Positions 47,371-59,627 of a stretch of DNA of 64,000 nt are shown here, piece after piece (position 1 is the stretch's first letter; the number at the start of each line of letters is the position of its first letter). The DNA is from Selaginella moellendorffii (lineage: Eukaryota; Plantae; Lycopodiophyta): assembly GCF_000143415.4 (NCBI RefSeq), contig NW_003314288.1:1904042-1968041 (forward strand). The letters are read 5' to 3'. Below the pieces are notes generated by a model. That model made no database searches and was not told the origin of the DNA. It saw nothing but the letters and a program-made list of their open reading frames with translations. The translations under genes were made by a program, and so were the position numbers.

Positions 47371-49050
47371 ATGCGTCCGACCAGATCGTTCAGTACCGTA
47401 GCGATCGCCAATGTTTCATCCTCCAGGGAAAGCACCGAGATCATCACAGCGATGCTAGAGCAGCAGCTGCGCGAGCAAGAGACCGAGGACGTCTACTTCT
47501 TCGATCGCCTCCTCAAATCGTGCGGGGAGCCCAAGGATTTAGCCAATCTCAAGCACGCCCACAAGCGGCTAGACGATAGCGAGCACCGATCCAATCGCTA
47601 CCTCCTCAATCTCCTGGTAGTGATGTACCGCAAGTGTGGGGGCGTCCAAGAAGCCCGGGAGGTCTTCGCCGCCATCGCAAACCCTAACATCTACTCATGG
47701 AACATCATCCTCGCCGGCTATGCCAGGGACGGGAATCTCGACGACGCGCGGCGGATCTTCGACTCGATACCCAACCGGGACCTTGTGACGTGGACAACTA
47801 TGATTCGCGCATATGCCCAGAACGGGGATCTGGAGGGATCCCAGCGCACATTCCACAAGATGCCCGAGCGCGACGTGGTCTCCTGGACGGCCATGGTGAA
47901 CGCCTACTTCCAGCACGGACGGCTGGATGACGCCAAATCCACGTTCAAGGAGGCGCCACGCCGCGATGCGGTGACGTGGACGGTCATGTGCCGCGCGTTC
48001 GCGGAGCACGGCTACCTCCGTGAGACGCGCCACATGTTCGACATCATGCCGTTGAGGAGCCTGCTGACGTGGACGGCCATGATCGTCGCCTACGGCAAGT
48101 CCGGCCAGCTGGACGAGGCGCGGAGCATATTCGACCGGATGCCACAGCAAAATGTGGTATCGTGGAACTCGATGATCGCCACGTACGCGCACGCTGGCCG
48201 TCCGCACCGGGCGGTGGAGATCTTCCAGCTCATGCCCCAGCCCAATGACGTGTCGTGGATCGGCGTGCTCATAGCGTATACGGAAGCCGGCATGGCCATG
48301 GCCGCTCGAGATTGGTTCTTGCGGATGCCGTACCGGGACGTTAACTCCTGGGCCGCGATGCTCCAGGCATATGCCCACAATGGGCATATGGACCACGCTA
48401 GGGCAATGTTTGAAAAACTCCCGCGCGAGTGCCTGGTATATGCGAATATCATGATCCAGGGGTATGCCCGGTCCGGGCATATCGCCCCTGCAAGGGTGAT
48501 CTTCGAGAGAATGCCCAGGAAGGATGCGCATTCTTGGCATTCGATGCTAGCGGCGTGCTTGATCTGCGAGGGTGCGGCCGCCGCGCGCAAGATCTTCGAT
48601 TCGATGCCGGAGAGGAGCCTCGTGTCGTGGAACGCGATGCTCGGGGGCTATGGCAGGCAGGGGATGGGCGACGAGTTCGTGGCGTTCTTCCAAGAGATGA
48701 ATCTCACCGGGGAGGCGCCGAATGATGTGAGCTTCGTGTGCTACCTTGACGGCTGCCTCGAATCGAAGCTCCTGCGCGAGGCGTGGCTGGGGTTCCTGGC
48801 GATGGTGGGCGATTTTTTCGTCGCGCCGCTGGTGGAGCACTACCACGCCATGATCGAGCTCCTGGTCGTCAAACGGCAGCTCCACAACGCCGAGGCGCTG
48901 GTGGATTGCATGCCCTACTGCTCGACGCACCGGACGTGGGAGATCATCCTCCGCGGCGCCAAGAAATTCGGCGACTCGGCGATGCGCGCGCACGCAACAA
49001 GGAAGATCAAAAACCTCCGCCAGGCGAAGCTGACGTGGAGATACTACTGA
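47371..49050 (+). CDS. PPR protein with tandem short (S/SS-type) repeats and a partial E domain, no DYW
   Basis: NLLVVMYRKCG, repeated WT.M..AYA..G.L..AR..F..MP, PLVEHYHAMIELL..AEALVDCMPY. Confidence 0.9.
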   Translation: MRPTRSFSTVAIANVSSSRESTEIITAMLEQQLREQETEDVYFFDRLLKSCGEPKDLANLKHAHKRLDDSEHRSNRYLLNLLVVMYRKCGGVQEAREVFAAIANPNIYSWNIILAGYARDGNLDDARRIFDSIPNRDLVTWTTMIRAYAQNGDLEGSQRTFHKMPERDVVSWTAMVNAYFQHGRLDDAKSTFKEAPRRDAVTWTVMCRAFAEHGYLRETRHMFDIMPLRSLLTWTAMIVAYGKSGQLDEARSIFDRMPQQNVVSWNSMIATYAHAGRPHRAVEIFQLMPQPNDVSWIGVLIAYTEAGMAMAARDWFLRMPYRDVNSWAAMLQAYAHNGHMDHARAMFEKLPRECLVYANIMIQGYARSGHIAPARVIFERMPRKDAHSWHSMLAACLICEGAAAARKIFDSMPERSLVSWNAMLGGYGRQGMGDEFVAFFQEMNLTGEAPNDVSFVCYLDGCLESKLLREAWLGFLAMVGDFFVAPLVEHYHAMIELLVVKRQLHNAEALVDCMPYCSTHRTWEIILRGAKKFGDSAMRAHATRKIKNLRQAKLTWRYY

Positions 49051-49135
49051 GGCTAAGAATATGCTTTAGGGTTACTTGATTTTCCTTTGGCGTAGGCTTA
49101 CCACTTAACGACGGATTAATTAGAGAACGAAGAGA

Positions 49136-50414
49136 ATGGATTTGTCGCTGTGGAGGCGGCTATTTGGCGGAGGGGCGGCTCCTCCGCCAATGTCCGGCGG
49201 CAGTGGTGGCGATTCCCCCATGCTCTGGGCGGCGCATCCCTCCCACCTGAGCGGAGCTCCGCGGCGCATTGCGATCTTCACCATCGGCAGCCTGGCCAGG
49301 ATCGCCGTGACACTGCTCAATTCGTCTCACGTCCACAACGCGGACACTCTGCTCCATCTCGTCACCGCCAGGCCGCCCGGCACGCCGCTCATCACCGTCA
49401 GCAATCACACATCGACGTAAGATCTCTCGATCTCTCGCTAGGGTTTGGAAATTTCTTGCCGGCATTCTTGCTTCCTGCGGAAGAAATGGATCGATCGAGT
49501 GACCTCTTGTTTCTTTTCCCAGCTTGGACGATCCGCTAATGTGGGCGTTCAAGGGATTTCCCGTCACCAACGCTCGCCTCTCGCGATGGATTCTCGCCGC
49601 CGAGGACATTTGCTTCACGAATCCACTCTTTTCCTATTTCTTTCGCGTCGGTAGGTATGTGCTCCGATCGATCGATCGAGCTTTCGCGTGCTTCGTACCA
49701 AATTCTTTCCCTTTCGCTTCTTCCAGGGAAGTGCATTCCAATCAGGCGAGGAGCTGGAATCTATCAGCCCTTCATGGACGAGGCACTGGACAGAATCAAC
49801 GAGGGAGAATGGGTAAGAAGTTCTTCGCTACACTCGAGAGTTTTCTCATAGAATCGAAAGTTCTTCGCATAGAAACTTACATTTCTTTTCCAGATGCATA
49901 CGTTTCCAGAAGGCAAAGTCTGCCAAGAGCACGGACCACTGAGACGATTTAAGTGGGGGGTCGGATCTCTCGTCGCTCGCGCTGCTGTTCCTCCAATCGT
50001 GCTGCCGATCGGTCACACTGGATTCGACCAGGCAAGTCGTGTGTTCTTCGCGTTCTCGTTGAGCCTGACGAGAGCGCACAGGTAATGCCCGAGAAGTACA
50101 TGTTTGGGAGGAGACCGCTGCTCCCTCTGGCCGGGAAGAAGATCACCATCGTCGTCGGCGAGCCGATGGAGTTCGACATGGCCAGCTTGCGAGACACGGC
50201 GATGAAGTTCAGTGCTAGCAGTCCATCGCCATTCCCGCTGAGCTGCAACGCTTTCAAGATGGATCTGGCCGCGAGGAGGCCTGGACCCAAGCACCTGGTA
50301 GCTCTCGACGACAATTCTCTGGGCTGGCTCTACTCGCACATCACGCAGCAGATTCAAGCGGCCGTGGAGGAGCTAAGATGGCAAGCGCTGGGGAAAAATC
50401 GTCAAAGCTCGTGA
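49136..50414 (+). CDS. Tafazzin / N-acylphosphatidylethanolamine synthase-family lysophospholipid acyltransferase
   Basis: PLITVSNHTST|LDDPLMW, RWILAAEDICF, GKCIPIRRGAGIYQ, HTFPEGKV, FKWGVGSL, PIVLPIGHTGF. Confidence 0.9.
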
Positions 50415-50441
50415 GCGTGAGAGGTACTCTTATGTTACCAA

Positions 50442-51274
50442 TTAGAACTTTGGAGGTTTCCTGAATCCTTGAGCTCGTATGGCGTCGAATCTGTTCTGGG
50501 ACACTGGAGTTTGCCTGTTGATTGGATTTTTTGGAGTGGGTTTCTCTGGAGGTTTGTGGTGGTTCTCGGCTTTGCGTTTCTTGCTTGCAGGCTGCTGTTG
50601 GTTCTCTTCTTTCGTGTTTCCAGCGCTGGTTGAGCTCTCGGCTTTGGTTCTCTCGTCACTGTCCTTGCTGTGGATTCACATAGTTTTAGGCAGAGGTTTT
50701 AGGATCATCTCACTCAAACACGTACGTTTCTTTGTCAGCTTGTTGCTCGTCACTAGAACTTGCGGCCTTTGGAAACCTTCTCGCCTGGATATCTTCATGG
50801 ATTTTCTACACAAAGCTCCAGAGTTACATAGCTTGATCGGCGAAGAAACAAACACGTTTGCTTACATCGATGCTTGGGTTGTAGTTCTGGAAAGACATGC
50901 GCCCGAGCGAAGCAGCGGGCTTTGGATCCCCTTCCATGATCACGACGCTGGAAGAGATGGAAGAACAACGAAGAGAGGTTAGAATTGGGATGGAGGAACC
51001 TCCTCGATGAATACCTCTGTGTTGGAAGTATTCATGGGAATGAGAAGAAGAAATGCATGGAAGCTTTTGTTTGTACCATCTGCGGCTGGACGGCGCTGTG
51101 GATGATACCCAGTGATCGTCATCCCCTTTGTCCTCCTCTCCCTTCTTGGCGGCATCGCGGCCGCGTTGCATGAACTGGGGCAAGCGATCGCGCTTACGCT
51201 CGTTAGAATCACGAGAGGATGGAGATCGCGCTCACCTTCATTGCTTGCAATCCGGAAGAGAAGCGCTTCGCCAT
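50442..51274 (-). CDS. MPP6: M-phase phosphoprotein 6 (nuclear exosome cofactor), five exons
   Basis: MAKRFSSGLQAMK|FMQR, CVVIMEGDPKP...GRMSFQNYNPSID|K, C-terminal GFRKPPKF*. Confidence 0.85.
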
Positions 51275-51344
51275 GGCGATCGAGCGGGATCGGTCGCGGC
51301 GCCACGAAAATAAAGGAAGCCCTAAACCCAAATCGCCAGGATGA

Positions 51345-52822
51345 ATGGCTTCTAGGGGCCGGGGCCGGGGCCGTGGCCGCGGACGCGCCGCCCCGATCGT
51401 CAAGAAGGAGCTGGACGATGGCGCCAGTGGATTGGATGCGCCAGTGCCAGCTCCAGCGGCGCCATCGCCGGCGACGAAGGTATGAATGTCGCTGTGGATC
51501 AAATGATGATAATGAAGAGGGAAGTTTTTTGTGTAGAAATTTGAGCCCAAGGTTGCTCCCCGGAGACCGAAGAAAACCGAAGTTAAAAGGCATTTTCTTT
51601 TTCTTTTTTTCGTTTCTCCTTGCTAGGATCTTACTGAAGTTCTATGTGTGAATTTGCCAGCGAGACTGGAGCGGTGAATGACGCTGATGCACAGAAATTG
51701 ATCCAGGTATGAATCAAGACAATCCAGCTCTTGCTCACAAAGTTTCTCTGTTTGTCTTGTAGGACGCTTTTGCTTCTAAAGGACGAGGATTTCGATCGAA
51801 CGAGAACAGAGGTATATCAACTTAAGATTGCTTTCCTTTGTCGTGATTTTCTTCTGGAAAGCAGTTGCCACTACCCGAGTCGCGTTTGGATCTGGCTCCG
51901 GGGCCGCTGTTGCCAAAGTTCCTGCTGGATTTGCGAAACGAAGCAGCAGTGGAGGTGGATCTGGCAGTGGAGGTGGGGGTGGGGGTGGCGGCGGCGGTGG
52001 TGGCGGTGGCGGAGGATGGCGAGGTCCGCCGGCTATCAAAACGCAAACAGGTATCAGGTTTTCGAGTTCTTGCTTCTAAGAATCTCGCGTTGTGCTTCAG
52101 GAGAAGAGAACGTTGCGAAGCCCCGGATTGGAATATTTGAAACTGTGGTAAGCAAGAAGACGTTTCTCCTTCTCTCGGCTCCCTCTCATCCAGCTTGATC
52201 GTATAGGACGACTCGAACAAGCCGATATCTCTTCCTCTGCGCCGGCCTCCCGGCGTTGGAACAGGTTGGAGCTCCGTTCGCACGTCTTTCAATCGACTCT
52301 AATCTCGAATGAACAAACCAGAGTTCTCGGACGACGAAGACGACGACGACAGAGTTTTTGAGGAGGATCTGGTTCCGCCAGCAAAGGAGCTTGGTCTGGA
52401 GGTGAGTGAAACTTCCTTTTCCAGCTTTTGATTTTTCATCCCATTTACACAGACAGAAAATGTCGAGGACAGGCTCCTGTTCCTCCAGTTGCCTTCCTTG
52501 CTACCATCCACTAGTGCCACCACGAGTCTCGACAAGTTACCGCAAGGCATGATGGGCAAGCTCCGCATCTACAAAAGCGGAGCAGTCAAGCTTCACCTTG
52601 GTGATTCCGTGATGAACGTAAGTTTTACGTTGAAGCCAAGAGCATTTCCCTTACAAGCTTTCCACTTTGAAGCAACAGGTCTACCCGGGAACTCGCTGTG
52701 TCTTCTCGCAAGAACTGGTCGCGATCGACTCGAACAACAAGAAGTGCGCGTTCCTGGGCGATGTAGGACAGAGGCTCGTAGTCACGCCAGACATTGACGG
52801 GATTCTAAATGGATCCAGCTGA
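51345..52822 (+). CDS. RPC4: RNA polymerase III subunit RPC4 (RPC53)
   Basis: KFEPKVAPRR, ISLPLRRP, LLFLQLPSLLP, GMMGKLRIYKSGAVKLHLGD, VYPGTRCVFSQELVAI, LVVTPDI; stop TGA at 52820-52822. Confidence 0.9.
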
Positions 52823-53379
52823 GGGCTCTCATCCTTCTCTATAGCTTTTTTTTCGTATTGAGCCTGAGAGAAAAGGAATTTGACGAATCTTTCCTTGTAT
52901 ATAAGTCTTTTGATCTTAGTTTAGTTCAGTCACTTGATTAATTGCCAATATTGATTATAAGATCCTGTTATATGACATGGTGCTGAGCCAATTGCCGTTT
53001 TGCTTTAAGTTAATTCTTTATAGTATTCCTGGATGGAACACAACAGAAATCACACACCATGTCTGGTATTGTAGCTCACCATGCACTTCTAAATCGCCCA
53101 ATGTACTCTATGCAAGGTAGGCTTCGATTGACCTTGATTTTGAAGAAGCTGTAGAGCCTCTCAGCAAGGTAAATATGGCAAGCTTTCGTAGTTCATCACC
53201 AGGTTGATTTGGCATTGTCATTGTGAGGACATGTAACTACGCTGTGAATCAGCCAGAGTTTGCATCAGTAATGTCCAATTTGGCAAGCAGGATTCAACTA
53301 GCCGAACAGGGGAATGCATTGGCTCTAGCGAACTCCTTTAGAATTGAGCTAAATAAATGGCTCACATCTTCTCTTTGTT

Positions 53380-56300
53380 TCTTTGCTTTAAGTTTTTCTA
53401 ATTAGGTAGTTGCCATCCATTTTAGGTTTTTCTTCAAGCTTTTTTGACAAAGCAGTGAGTGAAAGTTCAGCTAAGGTAGCAATTAAATTTTTTTTCTTGT
53501 TTTTTTTGCAATGGTAATCCATTTTGGCTTGGTCTTTTTGCAGCTGAACAATAAATGGAAAGTCGAACATTCAAGTAAACCAGTTACCAATGTTTTTTCT
53601 TTATTTCTTTGTAGTGATAATTCATTTTAGTTTAGGCTTTTCCAGGATATGGGATTAATAAGTGAGTGAAAGTCAAGTAAAACATGCCAAAGATGTGGTT
53701 AATATTCTTTTTGTTTCTTTACACCAACCATTGCAAAGGTGAGTTGATCTTGTTTACAGACTCGCCACAGTTGTGGAACAGCTCAACTACAAGAACATAC
53801 CAATGACACTCTCAAGTCTCCAAGTTCATGTAAAGAAAGTTATATATAGGTGTTGCTAATTGTAAAGGAGCTAGAACTAATGGAGGCAATTGGGATCAAA
53901 AAATGTGTTATTGTAGACCTCCACAATATTGATATCAATATCAATAGCAAGGCTGGGCTATTTCTTTCTAAAGATGATGAGGACAAGTTGCAAAAGTTTA
54001 ATTTTAGTCACTTCCTCTAGAGAATAGAGTAAAGTATTTGATAATGATCAATTGGATGTGTTTAGCATTAAAGATAAAGTTACTAAAGAAATTGCAATAT
54101 GCACTAATTTCACTTCCATCCCATGACTAATTTTTATTTTTAATATTAATAATAATTAGGTAAACTTATGTTTTCAATTTACTCTATTTGATTGATTAGG
54201 TGCTCTCGCACATTAGAGCTAATGTTATATTACATTTCACTCTCACTATATTATGTTTTGATTTGTAATATAATAAATTTAATCTTACAGTTATACCCAA
54301 AGGCTAATTATCATATTAAATTTAAGTTATAAAATGTTATTTTTCCAATTTATTTATTTATTTATTTATTCAAAAAGTATAGTTCAAAAAGGACTTTTAT
54401 CCCCTTACATTATAAACATGTGCATTAATCAGAATTTTCACTTAGCCATTATAGTAATTATAAATTTTTATGGATTTATATTTTCTAATTAATTTAAAAT
54501 TTTTAAACTTTTATTAAATAGTTCAAGGTATTTAATAATGATCAATAGAATGCACTTAGATATTAAATACAAAATTACCAAAAAGGTTACAATATGCAAG
54601 TTGAACACTAGTATTGTTATTTGATTGGGTTTTTATAGGTTGATCAATTCAAAAAGTTTTCACGGGATTTAATTAATTTTACTTCTCCATTCACAATTAA
54701 TATAATATACTTTTAGTTTATTATAATTTAGCTTTAATGGCAAATTTTAATTTTTTTAATTGTTAACAACAACTATGTTGTAGAAACAGCAAAGTAAATT
54801 CATTTTTGCAATCTAAGTTATTTAATTGATTGACCACTTTTTTGTAAACTTATTGTACCACTTCACATCTTATGAGTAGTGTCGTATGACATTCTATTTT
54901 TACAATATCGTACTTGGATTTGCAATTACAATTTTGCTACAACGCTAATTATCATGCTAATAAAATATTAAAAAAATTTAATAACATTTTCAACTTAAAA
55001 TTGTGATAGGTAACGAAATTTATTTTTTAGTAATTTATTTATTTTAAGTTTTATCAAAAAATATAGTATAATTAATGGAGGACTTATCTTAAAATAATGT
55101 CAAGATTGGAATTTTCATTTTGTCATTAAATTAATTATAAATTTTTATAGCTTTTGATTTTTATTTTCAATTTTTTAAAATTGTATTAAAGTGTTTAAGA
55201 CCTTTAACTTTTTCTATTCAATATAATATATAATGCTAAAATACTAACAATAGGATAGTAATAATACTCCCACTTTACCTAACCCTAAAATAGACATACA
55301 TATATAATCATATTTTATATTTATAGCTGATATTTTTTAATTTTCTTATAATTTTTATAATTTTTGAAATTTTATCAGTAGAGAATTGGTACAAGTGCTG
55401 AACTATCAATTAATATCTAAGAACATTACGTTTTTTACAAAATAATGAATGAAAGTCAAGTTAAAGCAATAGCTAACTGTTTCCTCCTTATTTCTTTGCA
55501 ACAATAATTTATTTTAGCTTGAGTTTTTTTTAATTGAGTGGTGAGTGAAAAATCAAGCACTTAAGCAAACCAGTTGTTGATGTTTTCTCTTTGTGTCTTT
55601 ATAACAGTAATTTAGTTTAGTTTATGCTTTTCTAGGATATAGAACTAAATGATGGATGAAAATCGAGCAAAGCAGGCCAATAATGCCGTTAATGTTCTCT
55701 TTGGTTTTTTGCACCAATCATTATAAAAGTTAATAATACATTTTAGTTATTTTACACTATATATTAAAAATTTTTATCAAGTATCTTTTTAAAAGTAGCT
55801 AACCTAAAAGATAATTGTTTTCTTATAAAGAATTTAAGTAGTGTGAACCTAATTTTGAAAGAATTAGTAACATATGATAAATGTTACACATTAAGCTTTA
55901 TGTGCTTGTGGTTTACAATTAAGATATGGCTCCAACTATGGCAAATTCCACTTCTTTATTATTTTAGATATTTAGTTGTTAGTTATTAATGTTAAATATA
56001 AATTTTTAAAAGAGTTAAAAACTTTTTCACACCTAAAGAGTGCTCCATATCTTTTATATAAAACATTTTAATTTATTAAATACTATTCTTTCAAAGAAAT
56101 TATATTATAAAACATTTCTTTATATTTAAATTTCATAAGTATTATTTAATTAAAATTAAAAATTATATTTTCAAATAAATTAATTTATAATTAGGCTATT
56201 ATACATGTCTTTATTAGAAAAGTCTTATTAGAAAAGTCTTATTAGAACATAAATATAATTATTAAATTTTTTTTTTGTATTAATATTTAAGATTACAATA

Positions 56301-58270
56301 AAAGTGAATTATTCTCTAGTTTCTCTCAATGAAAAAATATAAATGTTATGGTTTAAAATTTTTTTAAAACGAAGTTATCTAATATTCTCAATAGTTAGCA
56401 TACAATGTATATTGAGGTTTTATGCTCATTCTTGCATTATAAAACAAACTAAATGTATCACACATGCCCAGTTGTGGCATTAGCTCTGCACTGGTGAAAG
56501 AATTTAATAGTATTACTATTTGTGCCTTGAAATGGTATAAGAATTGCGAAGATAACATGGCTAGAAAGCATTTGGTGTTACTTAATCAAACATGTAATAA
56601 AAGGATTGCAATCTTGTGATGCCCTGAATTTCTTTGTGCTCTTGAAAGGAATATCCTTTTGCAGTTGAATTTTTAAATGTTATTGTTTCACATTTCCATA
56701 AAATTCCTCAGATGTACAGCTCTTTTTTAGACCAGATGACATCGAGAAGTACACAGGACACACTATCAAGGAGCAAGGGTGGTTACTCCCTTGAGCCATC
56801 CTAGGAGATCAAGTGATCCCTCAAGGATGGAGTATGGTCTATGCACTGTGTGAGTGTTGCATGTTGACAACAAGCAAGAGCCTTGTGTATGCCACATTCA
56901 CCCATATGAAGCTGTTATGCAAGTCAAGTGTCACCATGCAGTAAAATGCCTAGATGCACAGCTAATCAGCATGAGGTTTGTACTGTTTTTTGCCTGATTT
57001 TGAAATAGCATGTGTATCTTATGTGGGTCTCTGTTAGATTTTTTTCTTTCTTGGTTTGATATAATAGGCCCCTATGTCATTCTCGCACTATGAAACAAAC
57101 TGGTATAGCAAGTGCCCAATCATGGCATTTGCTGTGCAGTTGTGGAAGAACTTATGCTTCTATGGGGGCAAATGCTAGGTCAAGGATTGCAAAAGGGTAT
57201 GAGAATTCTAAAGATACCATGGCTAGAAAGCACTTATGGCGGCATGGCATTACTTAATCAAATATGTAATCTGAATACATGTGATTCCCTGAAAGGGCCA
57301 CACTTCTTTATATCTAAATAGACAGTGTATAGTTTGGGTTTCTAAACGACTTGGCCATCCATTTTGTGATTAAGGAGTGAGTTGAGTAGAGCTTTTCCTT
57401 GTTTTTCTACAGCAGCCATTCATTTTGTGCCCAAGGCTTAGGTTTTTCCTCGAAAAAACGATGAGTGAAAATTGAGCAAAGCAACTATTAACATTTTCTC
57501 CTTATTTCTTTACAATGGCAATTCATTTTAGCTTAGATGTTCTCCTGGTTTTTCTGTAACAACGATTGCAAGGGTGGGTCCCACAGACTTGCCACAGCTG
57601 TAGATTGGCTCAAGCTGGTTTACAATAGTGACACCACCTTGCTTTGTGATGCTTTCTACATAGGGGAGTTTAGCTCTAGTAATGCCGTATTAAAGGAATT
57701 TGGCCATGAGCTGATGATGAATCATAAGTCTCAAACATGCAAATGGCCACCACTGGCTAGCATTCCAACTTACCCTCAAAGCCAGTGGTGCTGCTTCCAT
57801 GCTGGGTCTAGGCCATCTAAATGCTGGGTTGCATCTCTACTTACCAAGTGGACCCAGACCCTTTTAAGGCTCCTTTGCAAGAGGAGCTGGCTGCCAGTCT
57901 CTTGTGCCACAGCATGCTTTGGCAGAACCGGTCGTCTACAGGCTACATTCTTCTCGCAGTCCCAAGAAAGGCATTGAAGTATGAGGCATTGGAGTGGATT
58001 CTGAAATTCAAGGACTACAAGAACATGCCAATGATACTATCAGCATCAAAGTTTGTGCAGGCGTCAGGAAACAAAGCTGTAGAGGAGCTGGAAGCAGTGG
58101 AGGCAGTCTTCATAGTATTGGTATCAACAGTAAGGTCTGGCCTTTTCCTTTGTGGAGATGCTGTGGATAAGTTGCAGGAGGTGACATGGGATTTTGTGCC
58201 ATGGGTGCTCCCTCTAGAGAAGAGATTCCCAGCTGGTGCAGTCTTTGATAATGAGAGACTTTTGGGGTAG
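53380..58270 (+). pseudogene. Decayed, locally duplicated gene relics in AT-rich DNA
   Basis: Block 53456-53738 resembles 55446-55728 and 57462-57570; 56465-56640 resembles 57113-57290; peptides RLAT and YKN(I/M)PM..ELE recur at 53757-53890 and 57584-58110; frameshifted ORFs at 57537-58270. Confidence 0.5.
56207..56248. repeat. 14-bp tandem repeat, three copies (GTCTTATTAGAAAA)
   Basis: Seen directly. Confidence 0.8.
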
Positions 58271-59555
58271 TGTAAGAGCTTATTATTGATGTAAATGGGG
58301 TTTTTATAGTGTGATTATTTTGAGTTTCCACCAGATTTTTCTTCTTCAAGTGATACTCGTGATTTTTTTTTAATTATGTAGGAGGAAAATATTTAAAATA
58401 TCCAGATATTATTCTAAGATATGCTTCAACAACAATGGTGACGATGCTTCAAAAGTAGCAGAAAATTATTTTCTACAAGCAGAAAATCAAGCTCAAATGA
58501 AGGAGCTGTCTACGAGGGACGCGAAAATCCCCTCATAGGATACAAAGGAGAGCGATATTAAGGTGTGCTATAATTGATGCACTCATTTCCCGCGTTTGGT
58601 TTTAAAGGATTGAATTGTCCTTAGGCAATTCTTCAGTATTGCTCTTTGCAATTTTCAACTTCACACCAGACTCTCGCACTCTCCTAAAGGCATCTAATCC
58701 TTCCCAGCCAGGACTTGTCGTCCTTCTGAGATGGCATATGCTTGCTGTCCTTGAAGCTCGGCCCAAGCGTTCCAAGCGCAGCCTAGTGGAGAGCAAGAGA
58801 GGAAAACTACCTTTTTAAGCTGGAGCAAACCTGAGGTTCAGAGCTGCTCATCTTCTTGGCTGCACAGTTTTTCTTGGAGAGATCTCTCTTTCCTTGTTTC
58901 CCTTGTTCTTCATCAAGTCCCGACTCCTGCATGGTGGGATCATGAGATTCACGATTTAGAAAAAAACTCACGACACAGCAGCGGCTATGGTTTACCGGGA
59001 AGATCTCGAAGTGAGAGTGTTGACTCTTCTGAGGTAAGTTTGCGAGAGGATTCACAAGATTCACCCAGGACATGGCTGTCAGTTTCTACCATCCTCAATG
59101 TGCCCCTGAAGCATCCACTCATCTCTTGCCTATTGTTCCTCTTTGTACTTCTAAAGGTCTCTGTCTACTTGGGACGTAAAGATAAGTGTTTCACTGGACC
59201 CACGTGTTTACTCTATTTTGGAATTCTCTACGTTTCCATACCACCGTATCACTGTACTTATCAAAAGTGGGAACCTTCTTCTAGAATGTTGAAAAGGTCA
59301 AAGATCCTCCATGACCCAAGTTTAACCTTGAAGAATGAACGGAAAAATAAAATTGATTACATGTAATCAAAATAATTTCCCATTTCCTTGGACTCACAAA
59401 ATAAACATACCACCAATGTCCAAACTCTAAGATGGCGATGCAGCCAAAATTTAAGCTCGAAATCACAATTTTTTCCACCAATGATTTTTTGGCTCAACAT
59501 TATACATTCAGGAGACCTTCAGTGTATTATGAAGAGCAATTAAGTATAAAGTAAT

Positions 59556-59627
59556 GCAGCTGTAGTTTAGTGATAAGATTTCTACGTCGTGGCCGTGGAG
59601 ACCTAGGTTTGAATCCCAACAGCCACA
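59556..59627 (+). pseudogene. tRNA-His (GTG) pseudogene
   Basis: Colinear with plant tRNA-His (GCTGTAGTTTAGT..GTGGCCGTGGAGACCT..GAATCCCA.CAGCCACA), but with acceptor-stem, D-loop GG and T-loop TTCG substitutions; followed by TTTT. Confidence 0.8.
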
